A stretch of 63,795 nt of DNA, filler included, from Folioceros fuciformis (GCA_049999805.1; 5 parts of 4 records of this genome joined end to end with filler, not necessarily neighbours in it), one strand, 5' to 3'. Numbered from the whole stretch's first letter, positions 10,302 through 23,800 are shown. Notes: generated from the sequence alone by a model not told the origin. Made by a program: numbers and translations.

Positions 10302-12229
10302 ATGAAGCAAAGGCATCCCACCGTGGCTCGTGCTTTGCGCAAGCTGTTTATTCCTACCCGACTGTGTCAGGCCGTCAGCGCAACAGTTTTCCGATGGATT
10401 TCTCCGCTCGTCTTGATGTCGGCACTCTTCCTGTTGTGGAGCGACACAGCTGGTGTGACTGCCTCTCTCCCTACCTACTGCTTCACTTTGTCAAGACTTG
10501 TATCGTGATGCATTGCCTGACAAAATGTGACATGCGGCGGTAATTCCGCAGCTTGGTCATCTTCCTTGCTCACATTGAACTATCTCTGTCGTGCAGCAGT
10601 CGCCAACAGGCCGACTCGGCACGAAGCGCTTGCTCCACCTGGATCTACTCCTAACCCTGTCCATAGTATGTACTCGGGAGACTCCAGCTTGCATTACGCT
10701 CTGCTACGGTCAAAGGATTGGTGGAAGTCGCAATAGCACCTTGCGGCGCTAACTTGTGGTGACATTAGTTTCTAGCGACTTGACTAGCCATGCTCGCTTC
10801 TCCGTTGTTTGGGTGCAGGATGCAAGATCCCTTTGCTTCATGATCCCCGTGAGGTGAAGTTGAGGTCGTCAGCCTACTACGATGGGACTTATCCTGAAAA
10901 GCTGACCTATGTCGAGCATGATGAACCAAGTTCGGACAATGTATCGCTATTTGGTGACCATCAGACGTGGAAAGAGAGGGACGACAGCTTCAATTTGAAA
11001 AAGTCCATGAAGGTTACCGTCCTCCTCCTTTCCATTCTGCATCAACATCTTGATCGTTTGGTCTCATTTTGCTCGCTGATCCCGGTTCCGAGCTCTGTCA
11101 GAGGGATCCTAGTACTGACGTAAACCACGGCTATTGGTATCAGGTTCACTGTGGATTTGGTGGAAAGTCGGGAGTTGATATGCATGTATGGGACACCAAG
11201 TACATCCAAAACTGCCAGTACGTGGTTGCATCTGGCATATTCGATGCCTATGACCTACCACATCAACCATCGAAGATAAGCAGCCGCTCCAAGCGTCTCT
11301 TTTGCTTTGTATTGCTTGTTGACGAGCAGTCTCTGCAAAGCATCACAAACGCCAGCGGGGTGATAGAGACCTCAGACAAAGGAAAGTGGGCTGGAATTTG
11401 GAGGCTTGTCGTACTTCGCAACTTGCCCTACGACGAGCCAAGAAGAAATGGAAAAGTGCCCAAGCTGCTGGCACACAGAATTTTTCCTGATGCCCGGTAC
11501 AGCATCTGGATTGACGGGAAAATGGAGCTCCTTGTGGACCCTCTGCTTATTCTCGAAAGGTAAAGTAAGCTGCGTTGAGGTTTTCCAGGCTCCTTGCCTT
11601 TGTCAGTCACTGCAACTGTCAGTGAGCTGTGACGTCGCAGGTATCTGTGGAGGAAGAACATTACATTTGCGATAGCCCATCACAAGCATAGCAGGAGCAT
11701 TTTCGAGGAAGCGGAAGCTGTGAAACGCCGAAAGAGATACGCTCGTCCTCTCATTGACAGGCACATGGCCATATATCGGGAGGAAGGCATGAAAGAGTGG
11801 ACCACTGACAAATTGCCGCTTATAAGTGGTGAGCAAATGATCAAGTTGGCTGGTTGTGTCAATGGTTGTGAGGCATGCTGACCGATGCCTGAGTGGGTCG
11901 CAGACGTGCCTGAGGGAGCGATAATCATTCGACAGCACACCCCGCTGAATAATCTGTTCTGTTGCCTGTGGTTCAACGAAGTGGACCGGTTTACTCCTCG
12001 GGACCAGCTGAGCTTTGGCTACGTGGTATTCAGGCTCAATGGGTCTTTCCCGTTCTTCATGTTTCCCAACTGTGAGTATAACTCTCTTACACGCTTGCAC
12101 AAGCACACTCGAGAACACTCCTCCAAGGTTGAATGGGTTAAAAGCTTGGACCAGCTTGGTAACAGCAGCGGCGTGCTGGAGACTAGAGCAGGGCTAGGCC
12201 TTTTCACTCGAAACATCTCGGAGGGTTGA
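10302..12229 (+). CDS. DUF616 family protein (MUCI70/TOD1-like putative glycosyltransferase/ceramidase), 6 exons (10302-10452, 10597-10665, 10819-11012, 11144-11559, 11641-11828, 11904-12229)
   Basis: N-terminal hydrophobic anchor; VHCGF, VVASGIFDAYD, LPYDEPRRNGKVPKLLAHRIFPDARYSIWIDGK, DVPEGAIIIRQHTPLNNLFCCLWFNEVDRFTPRDQLSF. Confidence 0.88.
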
Positions 12230-12860
12230 GCCCACCCCTGACTAGACCTTGAAATTTAGACTGAGTACGCGGGAATTCAGTTGAGAATCAGAGACGGAAG
12301 GCAACTTTCATTTTCCAACTCAAAGCTTCACAACGCATGTGAAGCTCATCGCGAGCTCTGTCTGCGGTGACACGTCGACCAGGACATCAACTGTGGCTCC
12401 ACGGATGCCGCCGTGGTGATGGGCAACTTGTTCTCCTCGATCCTACCCACATGGTCAGTACGCAAGCACGCACCTGCTGCCTGCAGCAGCCAGGTTTGGC
12501 CAGGAAGGAGCAAAGAGAAAGCCACTGAGACTTGCATACTTGTGACGGGATGGATACACCAAGAGAAATTACGTAGAAGACTGTCCTTGCTTCCACCCGA
12601 GTAGGGCAGAAAGTTGAACTGTAAGTCCAGCTTCACCTGTCACCATGTTGGTGAACTTGTCGGCCTCCAGTTACAAGGATCGAGAAATTTGTCTCACTTA
12701 CCCAACTGTCAATGAGCAGAACGTCGGAGTAAATGGTGAACTTCAAACACATCCCGCCATGCAAGAGGGGGAGGAGTTGTGTGTGACGCATCGACAATCG
12801 GTTCCCGACCCGCACGAGAAAAAGGTTGTCTGCTAACAAAGGTGTCTGTTACAAGAAGCT

Positions 12861-14389
12861 TCAGAAGTCTTCGCAAGACAAGTCCATGGCAAATTCTGAA
12901 TCCACATAATGAACGTGCTGAGGCATATCGTTTCTCGGTTCACATTTGGATGCATAGGCAACAACCTGCCACGGGTTCAGCCCGCTGTGCACCAATCCTT
13001 CCTCCACTATCTCTGTGTGGAAGTTGGGCTTCTTGGCAAGTTCTTTAACTCCTTGCCGCGTCAGGTAGCAAGCTTGTATCCAGACGAGCCTCAATCGCTC
13101 ATGCTTGGCCAGCGCAACCATACCTGGCCAGCCAAGCAACACATGGTAACGGCATGGGAGTGAGCCAGAAATGGTATTTTACTGTGTGTCATATCATTGT
13201 GTGAGGAAGGAGAGCTGGACACGGTACCTTCGTCTCCAAAAGGGCAATCCCGCATCTCAAGAGTGTGCATTTTGTCCAAGCCCGCACTTGCCGCAATAAG
13301 TCCTTTGTCACTGCCCCCGCAGTTGGTGAGCGTGACATGTTGCAAGTTCTTACCATACTTTCCCAGATAATACATGCCTTGGTCAGTGATGATTTTGTTG
13401 CGAAAGCCGTATCTGCTGAGGCAGATGGCCAGCCTGGTGGCCATGTTGCACCTTTTCAACAAAGCTTTGAGCCCCTTGTTCAGTGTCTTGTTGCGGTGCA
13501 GTTCGATAGGCTAAGCCACACACACAGGGCAAGCAATGCCGTCAATCGGACAGACTGTGTCACGACTCAAGCAAAATGACGCGTGAGGCCTCATCCATGC
13601 AGACACACTTACGCGACCGTCCGGGGACTCCTTTTGCACAAGGCAGATGCGGATGTCTCGTAGGCTTGGGCAATTTTGCGCTAACACCATGAGAGCCTCG
13701 TCTGTCATATCTGACGCATAGTACATGATTTTTTGCAGCAAGGAGCAGCCGTGTGCGATGTACAGCAGTCCGATGTGAGACAGAAATCCAGGGCCATCCT
13801 CTTGCTGAATAGATAGTGTCCGTAAATCTTTGCACGTGGTCCCCACGACTCGCATTCCAGCGTCTCCGATAATGTCACGCACCTGTGAAACACAGCACCT
13901 CCAGGAGGTGAGAAAGAGGAGGACTTCGAAGCATAATTTTGCGAGGCCTGCCTGCTACGTTACATGCAAAGCCTGCTGAGCAATCTGAGAAAGGGTAGGT
14001 AGGGCGGGCCGGGCCGGGCCCGGGCCGGGCGGTCCGAGGATGTCACCTTAAGCTCTTGCAGCTTAATACATCCAGCGAGCATCTGACACAGTCCCTCTCC
14101 TTCAATGTCAGCAAGAGTCAAGTCGAGTCTCCTGAGCTGCGGACAGATGGGAAGGACGCCCGGAATCAGCCACTCTTCCCAGTAGCCCGAAAGCTCCGAC
14201 AGCCTGGTACATCGTACAAGAGCCTGGCGCAGCTGGGTAGTGAGGGGGTGAGCGTAGGGTGGGAAATTGAACAAGTCCAACACCCCCAGGCCCAGGTGGG
14301 TTACAATGGGGCAGGAGGTCACCACGGCAGCAATGACCGTGGACGGCTCCAAAGCATCCGACAGCCGGAGCACTCGACAGCGAGCAGCC
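12861..14389 (-). CDS. TIR1/AFB/COI1-family F-box LRR protein, 3' part (5' end lost in gap); exons <14389-14047, 13882-13613, 13510-13228, 13123-12861
   Basis: LRR motifs typical of this family: RDIIGDAGMRVVGTTCKDLRTL, NCPSLRDIRIC, ITDQGMYYLGKYGKNL, LEMRDCPFGDEG, PWQVVAYAS..EPRNDMP. Confidence 0.85.
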
Positions 14390-14489
14390 NNNNNNNNNNN
14401 NNNNNNNNNNNNNNNNNNNNNNNNNNNNNNNNNTTAATTAATTAANNNNNNNNNNNNNNNNNNNNNNNNNNNNNNNNNNNNNNNNNNNN
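14390..14489. other. Artificial contig-join linker (Ns + TTAATTAATTAA + Ns)
   Basis: 12-mer with stops in all six frames at 14434-14445, padded with Ns to about 100 bp; the same structure recurs three more times. Confidence 0.95.
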
Positions 14490-15541
14490 ATCGCAGTCCG
14501 GGCCCCTCACAGACAGCGAGCTCCAGTCCACGGGCCCCTCTGGCGCGCACTGGTGCAGGCACAGCCGCAGGCGCGTCCAGCCGACAAGGCAGGCGACGGA
14601 GAGGCTCCCATGGCGGGCGAAGCACGAGCAGTCCGAGGTCTGAGAGCGGCAACAGGCAGGCAAGCAATCAAGCGCGTCTCCTGTTAGCTGGACAAAGTAC
14701 ACTCCTCTTGACGCTGTTACCGACTGGAGATGCAGGAGTCGCACTGAAGAGCCCACAGCTACAGCGGCACAGGGGGCAGAACTCAACCTCGAACTGGGAC
14801 GAGGGCGGGGCGGAGGCTCGGGACGGTTGACTCACGGTCAATCGTGTTGGGCCCCCAATGCCTCCACTTCCTCGCCCGCCCCACCTACTTTACTCGCATT
14901 ACGTGCCGGCCACTCGCAATCTCGCACTCCCTTGCTCCAACTAGCTAAACAGTCTATCTACTTCAGCGATATTTAGGTTTCTCCCACGCCCCCAACACGA
15001 TCGATCGTTACCTTGTTTCTTCACCTTCCTCGTACCAATGATGCCGCATATGCGTGCATCCAACCCATTCTTTCCATGTTTCAAAACGGACCGTTCCTAA
15101 TGATATATATATATACATATTTTATTCACCAACTACCTACTTCAAAAGGTCTCGTCACCTCCTTCCTATACATACCTGTCTGGCTGGCAAGTCTGTCTAT
15201 TGTTCATAGTCCCAGCACCCAGGTTTGCAACTCTGCAGACCTGGGGGGCCATAACATGAGGAAGACGTACACCTGCTCAAGCTTATCATCAAGGATCAGA
15301 GGTGAAGGAAAAACGAGAAAGGAACCCGAGGCGGGGAGGGTACGAGAAAAAGAACGGTACGAGAGCCATCCGATATAAGTAGGTACAGTCCCCAAGCTCC
15401 GATATCTTTACCAATCAAGCAAATCTTCGAATGTGCAAGATGCACGAGACTCGAGACGAAAGATTTCGACAGGTGAGATTCCCGGGTACGCGGAAGACAT
15501 GACGAGAGGTGGGGGGGAAAGCTTGCGCTTACGCTTTATGC

Positions 15542-16870
15542 TTACGTTCTCGCCGCGGCTTGACACTCCACGTTAGCGACCAAGTCTTGGTGCTCCTTGC
15601 AGCCAACGAGCTGGAGCTGCATGTGGTGGAAGGCCCGCTCCAGCGGGTTGCTCTCCACTGGCGCAGGCCGGGAGAACATCTTGGCTGCAGCTGCAATTCT
15701 TGCCCGGGCTTCCACTATCCTCTCGTACGGCAGCCTTCTCTCGCGCACGGCTGTCACCAGAGCTGCGATGGCGGATAGTTGGAGCTCCTTCTTCTTGCTC
15801 ACCAACACCATGTCCACTCCTGCGGCCACAGCTTCCACGGCCGCTTGACCGACCTGGTAGTTTTTGGCTATGGCGCCCATCTCCAGACAGTCAGAGAGGA
15901 TGAGGCCCTCGAACTGGAGTTGTCGGCGCAAGTAGGACACCGCGATGCTGCTCATGCAGGCGGGAAGGTGCCGTGCGGCGCCTGTCAAGGCCGGGACGTG
16001 GATGTGGCCGACCATAACGGCCGCCACATCCGCTTCGACAGCCTTGGCGAACGGGGGAAGCTCCACCTGCTGCAGCCTCTGCAGGTCGTGCTTCAGGAGT
16101 GGCAGATCCTCGTGGCTGTCGGTGACGGTGTCGCCGTGGCCTGGGAAATGTTTTGCGCAAGCTCCCACTCCCTCCCGTTGCAGTGCCCTGATGAAGGCGT
16201 ATCCCATTTCCGAAACCAGGGCTGAGGAACTGCTGAAGGACCGTGTGGCTATCACTCGGTTCCTGGGGTTGGTGTCCACGTCCACCACGGGGGCCAGGTT
16301 CATGTCTATGCCAACAGCCCGGAGCTCCTTCCCCAGAACGCATCCTATAGCTGCTGCTGCTTGAGAGTCCCCGGTCCTGCCAACGATTCTGGCAGAGGGA
16401 ATCCGAGTGAACGGAGGCCCGAACCTCGTCACCACCCCTCCTTCTTGATCCACCATGGTCAGCAGGTCTCCAGGACCTGCTTCCCGCTTCAGCTCACCGC
16501 ACAGGTCCTTAATCTACCCCAGGCAGGGACGGTTACCCAGACACACACCCAGGTTACTTTCACCAGCCAAGAAGCCATGCAAGGAGGCTAGTAGCACTAT
16601 CGGCACACACCTGATCAAGATCCTTCATATTCCTGTGAAATAGAACCACCCCTCCAGCGCCTGGAAGTACGCACAGCAGACATGAACATGCATGGCTCGA
16701 CACGCCAAGCAAATTACTCAAAGCGACCAAGTCAATGTGCTCTACCAACTACCTCTAGCAATAAGCGCCCGCGCATGCGAATCGACAGATGTGCCCTTGA
16801 ACCCGAACACCACCAGCTTAGCCACAAGCTTTGCAAGCTCTTCATCGTCAACAGGAGCAGGGGCCGCCAT
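15542..16870 (-). CDS. nagZ: GH3 beta-N-acetylhexosaminidase, single-domain NagZ type, 3 exons (16870-16753, 16660-16611, 16513-15542), ~380 aa
   Basis: GGVVLFHRN, VDQEGGVVTR, NLAPVVDV, RSFS, the NagZ consensus KHFPGHGDTVTDSH, and nucleophile region ILSDCLEMGAI. Two GT-AG introns restore one frame from MAAPAPVDDEEL. Confidence 0.88.
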
Positions 16871-17017
16871 GTTTACCACCGCATAAGAAAGCCTTGTCCA
16901 ACGGAGCTTCTCCTCTTGAACCACTAACCCTAAAGCCGGGAGCTAGACAAGGCCTGCGCAATCTGGGATGACGCCGTCAGACTTTCCCGCCCGCGCAGCA
17001 GCACACAAGATATGGCC

Positions 17018-17434
17018 TCAACCGGGTCCAACTTTGGGGATGTCGTAGTGCTCGCTGAGGTTGGCCAGATACTGGTTGAACTCCTCCACCTTCTGGCGGT
17101 GAGACTTGCTGGCTGTCTTGGCAAGCCTACGCGCCTCCAGCTTCGCCTTCTGCTCGTCGTACCGCTTCTCCGCGGGTGTGCGGTGGTCTTCCAACATGGC
17201 AAGCTGCTGCCGCTCGCCCTGCTCCTTGCCCTCCCCTGGGTTCTCTGCTTCGCCGCCATCCGCAGCTACCACCAGCTCCAAACCCTCCTGCGAGTGCGTC
17301 AGCTGCTGTTGCTGTGACACGAAGCTGTCGTCTGTGCTCAATTTCCTCTTCTTCTTCCTAGCGCCACCCGACTTCACATCCAGGGCCTTCCCCTTCAGCT
17401 TCAGCCTCCCCGGGACTACGTTTGCATACGACAT
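17018..17434 (-). CDS. FAM32A: FAM32A-like protein (spliceosome-associated), intronless
   Basis: MSYANVVPGRLKLKG...RTPAEKRY...ASKSHRQKVEEFNQYLANLSEHYDIPKVGPG is the FAM32A signature. Confidence 0.92.
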   Translation of the reverse strand: MSYANVVPGRLKLKGKALDVKSGGARKKKRKLSTDDSFVSQQQQLTHSQEGLELVVAADGGEAENPGEGKEQGERQQLAMLEDHRTPAEKRYDEQKAKLEARRLAKTASKSHRQKVEEFNQYLANLSEHYDIPKVGPG

Positions 17435-17851
17435 GGCGGCTCCACACACAACGGCTCTGAGAAGAATGCCTGTCTACTACCACGCAGATGCACCAGTCCG
17501 GTCACGCGGTTTAAAATATGGGCGCGGGCATCGTACTAAAATGTCGACTCTCATGCCATAAGCCTAATGCCATAAAAACATTCACAATAAAAATAAAAAG
17601 TTCATACCAACGGTGGGAGACACTAAAGTAGCTACCGAATATGAGAAGAAGAATGAAGATAAAAACGTGGTTGAAAGAAAGAGCTGGAAACATCGAATCT
17701 ATCAATCAACACGAAGAGAACAACCCACCCTTGGGATATGAACCTGCGTATGTAGGCCTTCATTGCCGTCCTCTAGGCTGGTCCGTGCTGTCGAAAGAAC
17801 GAGGCCACCTCAAAAAAAAAAGGGAGACTCGCCCAGCTTTGGCCATATCTT

Positions 17852-20800
17852 TCATGATCTGCACATTCCCGAGCCGAGAGCAGAAGACTCCTGCTTTCCT
17901 TCTCGGTAGTTGTTCTCTGCTTTAATCACACCCTGCATCAACAACAGCACGTGAGCATCCCCCGATGTTTCCCCTTCCCTGTGCAAAGCAGATTTACGAA
18001 CTCCAGGGTTTTGTATCTTACTTCCAAGATCATAATGGCTGCCTTCTTATTGATCACCTCGTTGTACTCGCTGCAGTCTAGGACCTGTACGCAGTTCGGA
18101 CAACCATGGTCGCTACTGCATTCGCAGGATGCTAGCAATTCAACAGCCGCCTGGAGTAACTCTGCGAACATTGGCCTTGCCTGCATCAATGTGCAACAAA
18201 AACTGAGACCTTGTCGTCTGACTTTGATGCTCAGCAAGGCCACGGGAGTCGTGACATGATTGGCGTGTACCTGAGCAGCAATACCAATTCCGCCAGGATG
18301 TCTGTCATACACCAGCAGTCTTTCTGGATAGTAGCGGGTGTCATGGGGATTAGCGCATTCCGTCCCCAGATCTGACGGGTTGCACATTATGTATCTGCAA
18401 CCCCACAGCCACGGCTCACCATTTATTTGTCCGGTTTGCGTTAACCAGCAGCTGTCAGGATCGAGATGGCATGGGAAGGGTCATACAATGGCAGCACGTT
18501 CAAGAGTGCATGGGAGGCTCCATGTAGACCCTCCCGGAAGGACAGTTTTGCAGCGTCAACATCCCATCTGACCTTGTGAGGTACTCGGATCCAAGCAGCC
18601 TGCGTCAGGACAAAGGGGGATTTGCTCTTCAAAGCACAAGGGCGGCGTTCACACATCTATCTTGAACCCATTAATGCATAGCGCTTACACATTACGAACC
18701 TGACCTGAGATTCATAGCAGACATCGGGCAAAAAGAGTTGCACGGAGTCGAATGTTTGAGAACTCCCTTGCCAAATGCGTCGGAAACCAATCCAGCGAGT
18801 AGTCACCTTGCACAAGCTGGCTTGAGCTGTTGTTGAGGGATAATTTGAGTCCTTCACCTTTGTGGGGTATGCCTGAAATGGAGTGGTCGTATAATATGAA
18901 CCCATGCTTGCTACTATTACACAACATATATGACATACCCTCAAAAGCTTCAAGACTTACCAGCTCACCACCCATGACATGCACGTCAGTAAAGTCCCGA
19001 GTCTTTGTGTAGTACTTCACATCAGCTTCTCTGCAAATGGCTACCTTGGCTGAAAGGTCTAAGATTTTCACCAGAAAGGTTTTGCCCTGGTGCATGTATA
19101 CTGCTCCTTCATACACCTGCAAACTCCACATGGACCACAGAGTTTTTGACAGAATTGACAGAGAAGAGATTCTGGAGAACGTCAACAGAAAAACAGTCAA
19201 AAGCACCTCGAAGAAAGCCTTGTTAGCCTCCACCTCTTCGATAACCAAGTTTGTAGCCTCATTTATCACTGAATACTTTTCTGGGTCGATGGCCCTAATG
19301 CTCACTGCCTGCGATGGCGACTTCTGTGGCATTCAGGCGATGCTATTTCAGGAGTTCTACCGTGCGCAGGCTTTGCTTTGAAGGACAGAGAGCAGCATCT
19401 GACAGGAAAGTCATGCAGTTCAGAATAGAAAATTTCACAATGCACCAGCCAAATGTTCTCACCACCTCCCCGATGTATCGCCATGATTCATCTGTTGGCC
19501 CATTCTGTGGATGTCGACCAATCAGTCCTTGCTTCATGAGCTTCAATACGATGGCTTGCAGTCCAGAGCCGAAGTATTCCTCATCATAAGCTACATGCAG
19601 GGGAAACTCTGCAGCTGCACATGAGACCTGCTGCTCCAAGACCTGCAAGTAACAATTTCAGTTCCATTCCCAACGGTTGTACATAGTGTCAGGACCTGAG
19701 TTCCAACAACTGTCATAACTTTGCCACAAACCTGGAGATTCTGCGCATCGACTTGTGCATTTTCCAGTGGTCGGGAGAATAGCTTGATTGGATTCTTCAT
19801 AAAGTGTTGATCTAAGGGGCCTCCAAAAGCAACGTAAATTGAAAGTGAAGGCTTTTCCCTTCTTCCAGCTCGGCCGGATTGCTGCCACAAACTGTTCACA
19901 GACATGAGAGTGTAGATAAATAATGCTGGCAGGAGCACGGCAGGGGATCATGCACCCGACAAAATTGAGCAAGTAGATGCACCTGGCTACGGTTCCTGGA
20001 AATCCAAGGTGCAAAGTTGCATCAAGGCTGCCTACATCCACACCAAGCTCAAGGGCATTTGTTGCTGCCACTGCTCGCAGTTTTCCACCGAATAAGTCGC
20101 TTTCAATAGCCCGACGATCCTAAACCAATCAGAAGTTGTCACTTTTCTAACTAAATCTACATCATCTCCAGGAAAGAGTTGACTAGGTCGAAAATGGCTG
20201 GCACCTCTGCAGTGTATCCTGATCGGTATGCTCGAATAGTGCTAATTAAGTCAGGGGCTGTTTCTTTCAAGATTTCCCTTCTGCAAAGAAGAAAATGTTA
20301 TATCACTGATTAGGATTAGATATATGTGCTTTAAGTGTACCACCACGCAAAAGCAATAATTCTTACAAGCAAGGTCTTACGTATAGTTGTGCACCAGCTC
20401 ACACAATTTACGTGTTTTGCAGAATGCAATGCAGCGTAAACCATGTTGTACCATCTCTGCCAAAAGCGTTGCTACCTCCACAATGGGGCTGCAATGCAAA
20501 AGCATACAGTCACGTAGATGCATTTAGTACTCAAAGCGGCTGTCCTGCTTGTAAAATTTGCTGCCAGAATGAAAACTGGAAAATTAAAAGGGAAGCACTG
20601 TAGATCTATTTCAGGATGTGAAGTGGGAACACCTTGCGCGTCTCATTTGGGGAGTAGCCTCTCCACGGCCCCTGTTTTGATTATTTCTACGAGCAATGCT
20701 TCGTGTAGGCTGCAGTGTCAACATCAGAAATTGGCACCCAATTCCCACAAGGTTTGGACGCATTGATAAGATTTTGAAAAGCCCCAAACACTGTCAACAA

Positions 20801-23800
20801 GAGTGAACTACTTTTTCTCGATGGAGCATGCGAAAGCAACTACGATGAGAACATACTGTTGTGAAAACGATTGGAGGATTCCAAAAGGCGAATAGCTTTT
20901 CACCACAAGGGCTTCCATCGTTCTCTACCACATGGATGTCCCTAAGGCCAACAAGTTCCTGCAAGTCGATAAAATGCATGAAGCTCACATCGCTTGTTGA
21001 CCAACAAAATATGCATAAAACGCATGGAATCATTACAAACAAATTTCAAAAAGCGTCCATTGGTAAACAGCAGACCATTGCATGTTCCTTAGGATTGGCC
21101 ACTGTGGCACTGCATATGATGAATGTCAGCTCGGCTCCATATGCTGCAAAACAGAAGTACACGAGTCACAACCTCGCCCTGTTTCAACATGGCAGCTAGA
21201 TCTGCGTGCTTCCCTAGAGATCATTCAGAAAAGCAGAAACAAATCTCACAGTGATGACAAAGGCGCCGCAGTCGCCTAAGAATTATTGCTGTGTGGCATC
21301 CAAATGCTCCTCGGTATGCATGTGCTTCATCGATTACCACATATCTGCACACACGCACAAGTTGTGAAACACAATACTGAGTCACTACATGGCCCATCTC
21401 CACACTTCGAGTTCATAAGAATCCATGCTATGAAATGTTTACGTACCTCAGGTTTGATAGAAACCGACGGAACTGTTCATGCGAAGGTAAAAGTCCGACA
21501 TGCAACATGTCTGGATTTGTGATCAGCTGTCAAGCATCACCCGCTGACATGAGGGACAGCATCAGCCACAAGCGCTATATTACATGGCATGTCTATGCAT
21601 TGATCTGTTGGGTGCGTAAGGGTATGCAAGCGAACAGAGAAGAGTCTTGCAATATCAACTTGGAAAGAGTAGGAGTACTCGGGGCGGGGTTATCATATTA
21701 CATACAAGCCTTGCACAGTCTCGGAGCTTCAGTCGTTGATCTTGATGAGTATCACCATCATATACCCCCATGTGAATAACAGGCACCATTCCCTCTGTCA
21801 TCTCTTGCAAAGCTCGAAATTGATCTTGTGCTAATGCCTGTGGGTCAATAGGTGTCCTTAGCAGTCGCAGTTGATACTGGTGGTGTGACAGACAACAGGG
21901 GAAGAAGAAACGTAGCAAGGCTTCTCTAGTCTACATTACCCCTCCACCAAAACACATCATAAACAAATAAAATTTATGCACCGCAGGTGATACCTCAAAA
22001 AGAGTGAGTTTTGCGCTGTACCTTAGTGGGAAACAAGTACAAGGCACACGAACGTGGGTTGGCAACAAGCTCCTCAAGAGTAGGCACATTGTAACATAAG
22101 GACTTGCCACTTGCTGTTGATGTTGCAATGATGACACTCTGCCTACAAGTGGCAATATTGATTGCTTGTGCCTGCACAACATAATCCCCTGGTGCGTCAA
22201 ACAAAGAGTTGCGGTAACCAAGTATTCGCCCACCACATTTCAAGTCATAAGACCTCCATAAGTACCTAAATGCTAAAAGAAACCGCAATACCTGATGGCT
22301 GTAAAATCTAGTGATACCATAGCGCTTAACTGCAGCAGCAACTGCACCTGACAAATTTATTTTCAAGCACCCATAGGACGCTACACGAGGGCTCAAGTGC
22401 TGGCAATGCACAATCTGCACAACCGTAATAAGAATGAGAGACAGGTCAAAATCTATCCAGATTTGCCATACTGCAGAAGATAAAGTACAACCTGGCCCAG
22501 CGCCCCAGCACCTTGCTTCAGATGTTCTAACATCTCAACGGCCGAAAGCTGCTTGACATCCTGTAGAATGACATGAAGGAAACCTACATTCAGACTGGAT
22601 ACATCCAATAGATTTATGGGAAAGAATGGAATAAGCTATCTAAGCGGACTCGAATCCGTCTGACAGGCACTGACCATGCAACGAATGAGCTGCTTGTGAA
22701 GACGAGGTGGTCTTGGAAGAGCCGATTGCTTCGCACACTCTGTATCTATGTTTGCAGATACTTTTCCCGCGGCATCTAAAAGCCCATCTAAAGTAACCCT
22801 TTGCAGTGTGAAGTTTTCGTCTGTCTGAGCTTGGTGATATCAACATTAGGACGATTCAAAGGGATGCTGCAAGTACATCACAAAAAATAATGAAACATGA
22901 GGACATTTCGGCAAATGTTGAGGACCTGCAGAATGTTGAGAATTTGAACGATTGCTGCCTGGAATGCTTTCTGACGTCTTTTGATGACAGCATTTGTGAC
23001 TCTCTCCGAAATCTGCTTGCCAGCTGCAAATAGTGTTGGATATAACTTTCAATCAAGCTGTAGCACAACGAGTCGTTTCACTACCCCAGCAGGACTTGGG
23101 GTCAAGTTTCACCACTGACCTCCTGCGCTGGGCATGAGATCTTCTGGACCTATCTGCTCAAAGTCAGTAGCCATAATTGCTCTGGTATGGTGCAGCTCTT
23201 CATGCTGCTTGAGCTTGTTGGGGTCTACTAAATCGACGTTGAAAGAAACGGTATCTCCCTCCCCTGAAAGATTGCTGATTATGACAAGCTGTGACGTTAC
23301 AACAGGTTGAACACCTGTGTCAATCTGGGATTACTACAAGCAAACAACTCCGACATCTGTACTGCAAACTGGGAGAAACAGCATCTTACCCTGGGACAGA
23401 GACTAGCTAGGTTATACACATCACTTGGAACAACTGCCTCATCTTTCAAAATGCTTAGGGGCTGAATAGCTTCCTTAACATTCGTCCATGTGGGTTGCAT
23501 GTGCTGTTTTTGCAGAAAAGCGCAGACAGTATTGAGAGCAGTGAAAACAGAGTTTAGATGTTCCAACAAGTCTGGCATTGGGGCATCAAATATTGCTCTG
23601 GAGTAGGCCTTTCTCTGTTTTCTCTGTCTCTGCGCTGGTGCCTCAGTCCTTCGACTTGCCAGTTCCTCATCATAGGGCCTGGTATCCCCTGTCTCCGATG
23701 CCAATGGCACTCCCACATGAGGCAAGTTTCCACACAATATCTTCCTCCTTTTACGGATCGGTTCGTCTGGAGCACTCGGGTGCTGTTCTCTGTGACTGTT

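Noticed and set aside
14390-14489. Palindromic TTAATTAATTAA within Ns, recurring at 31133, 45006 and 62366
   Set aside because: It is a six-frame stop linker used to concatenate contigs, not biology. Adjacency across these points, such as the F-box gene next to nagZ, cannot be read as a gene cluster.
14490-14790. GC-rich minus-strand ORF starts running into the gap
   Set aside because: No recognisable domain; too short to assign and on a different contig from the F-box gene.
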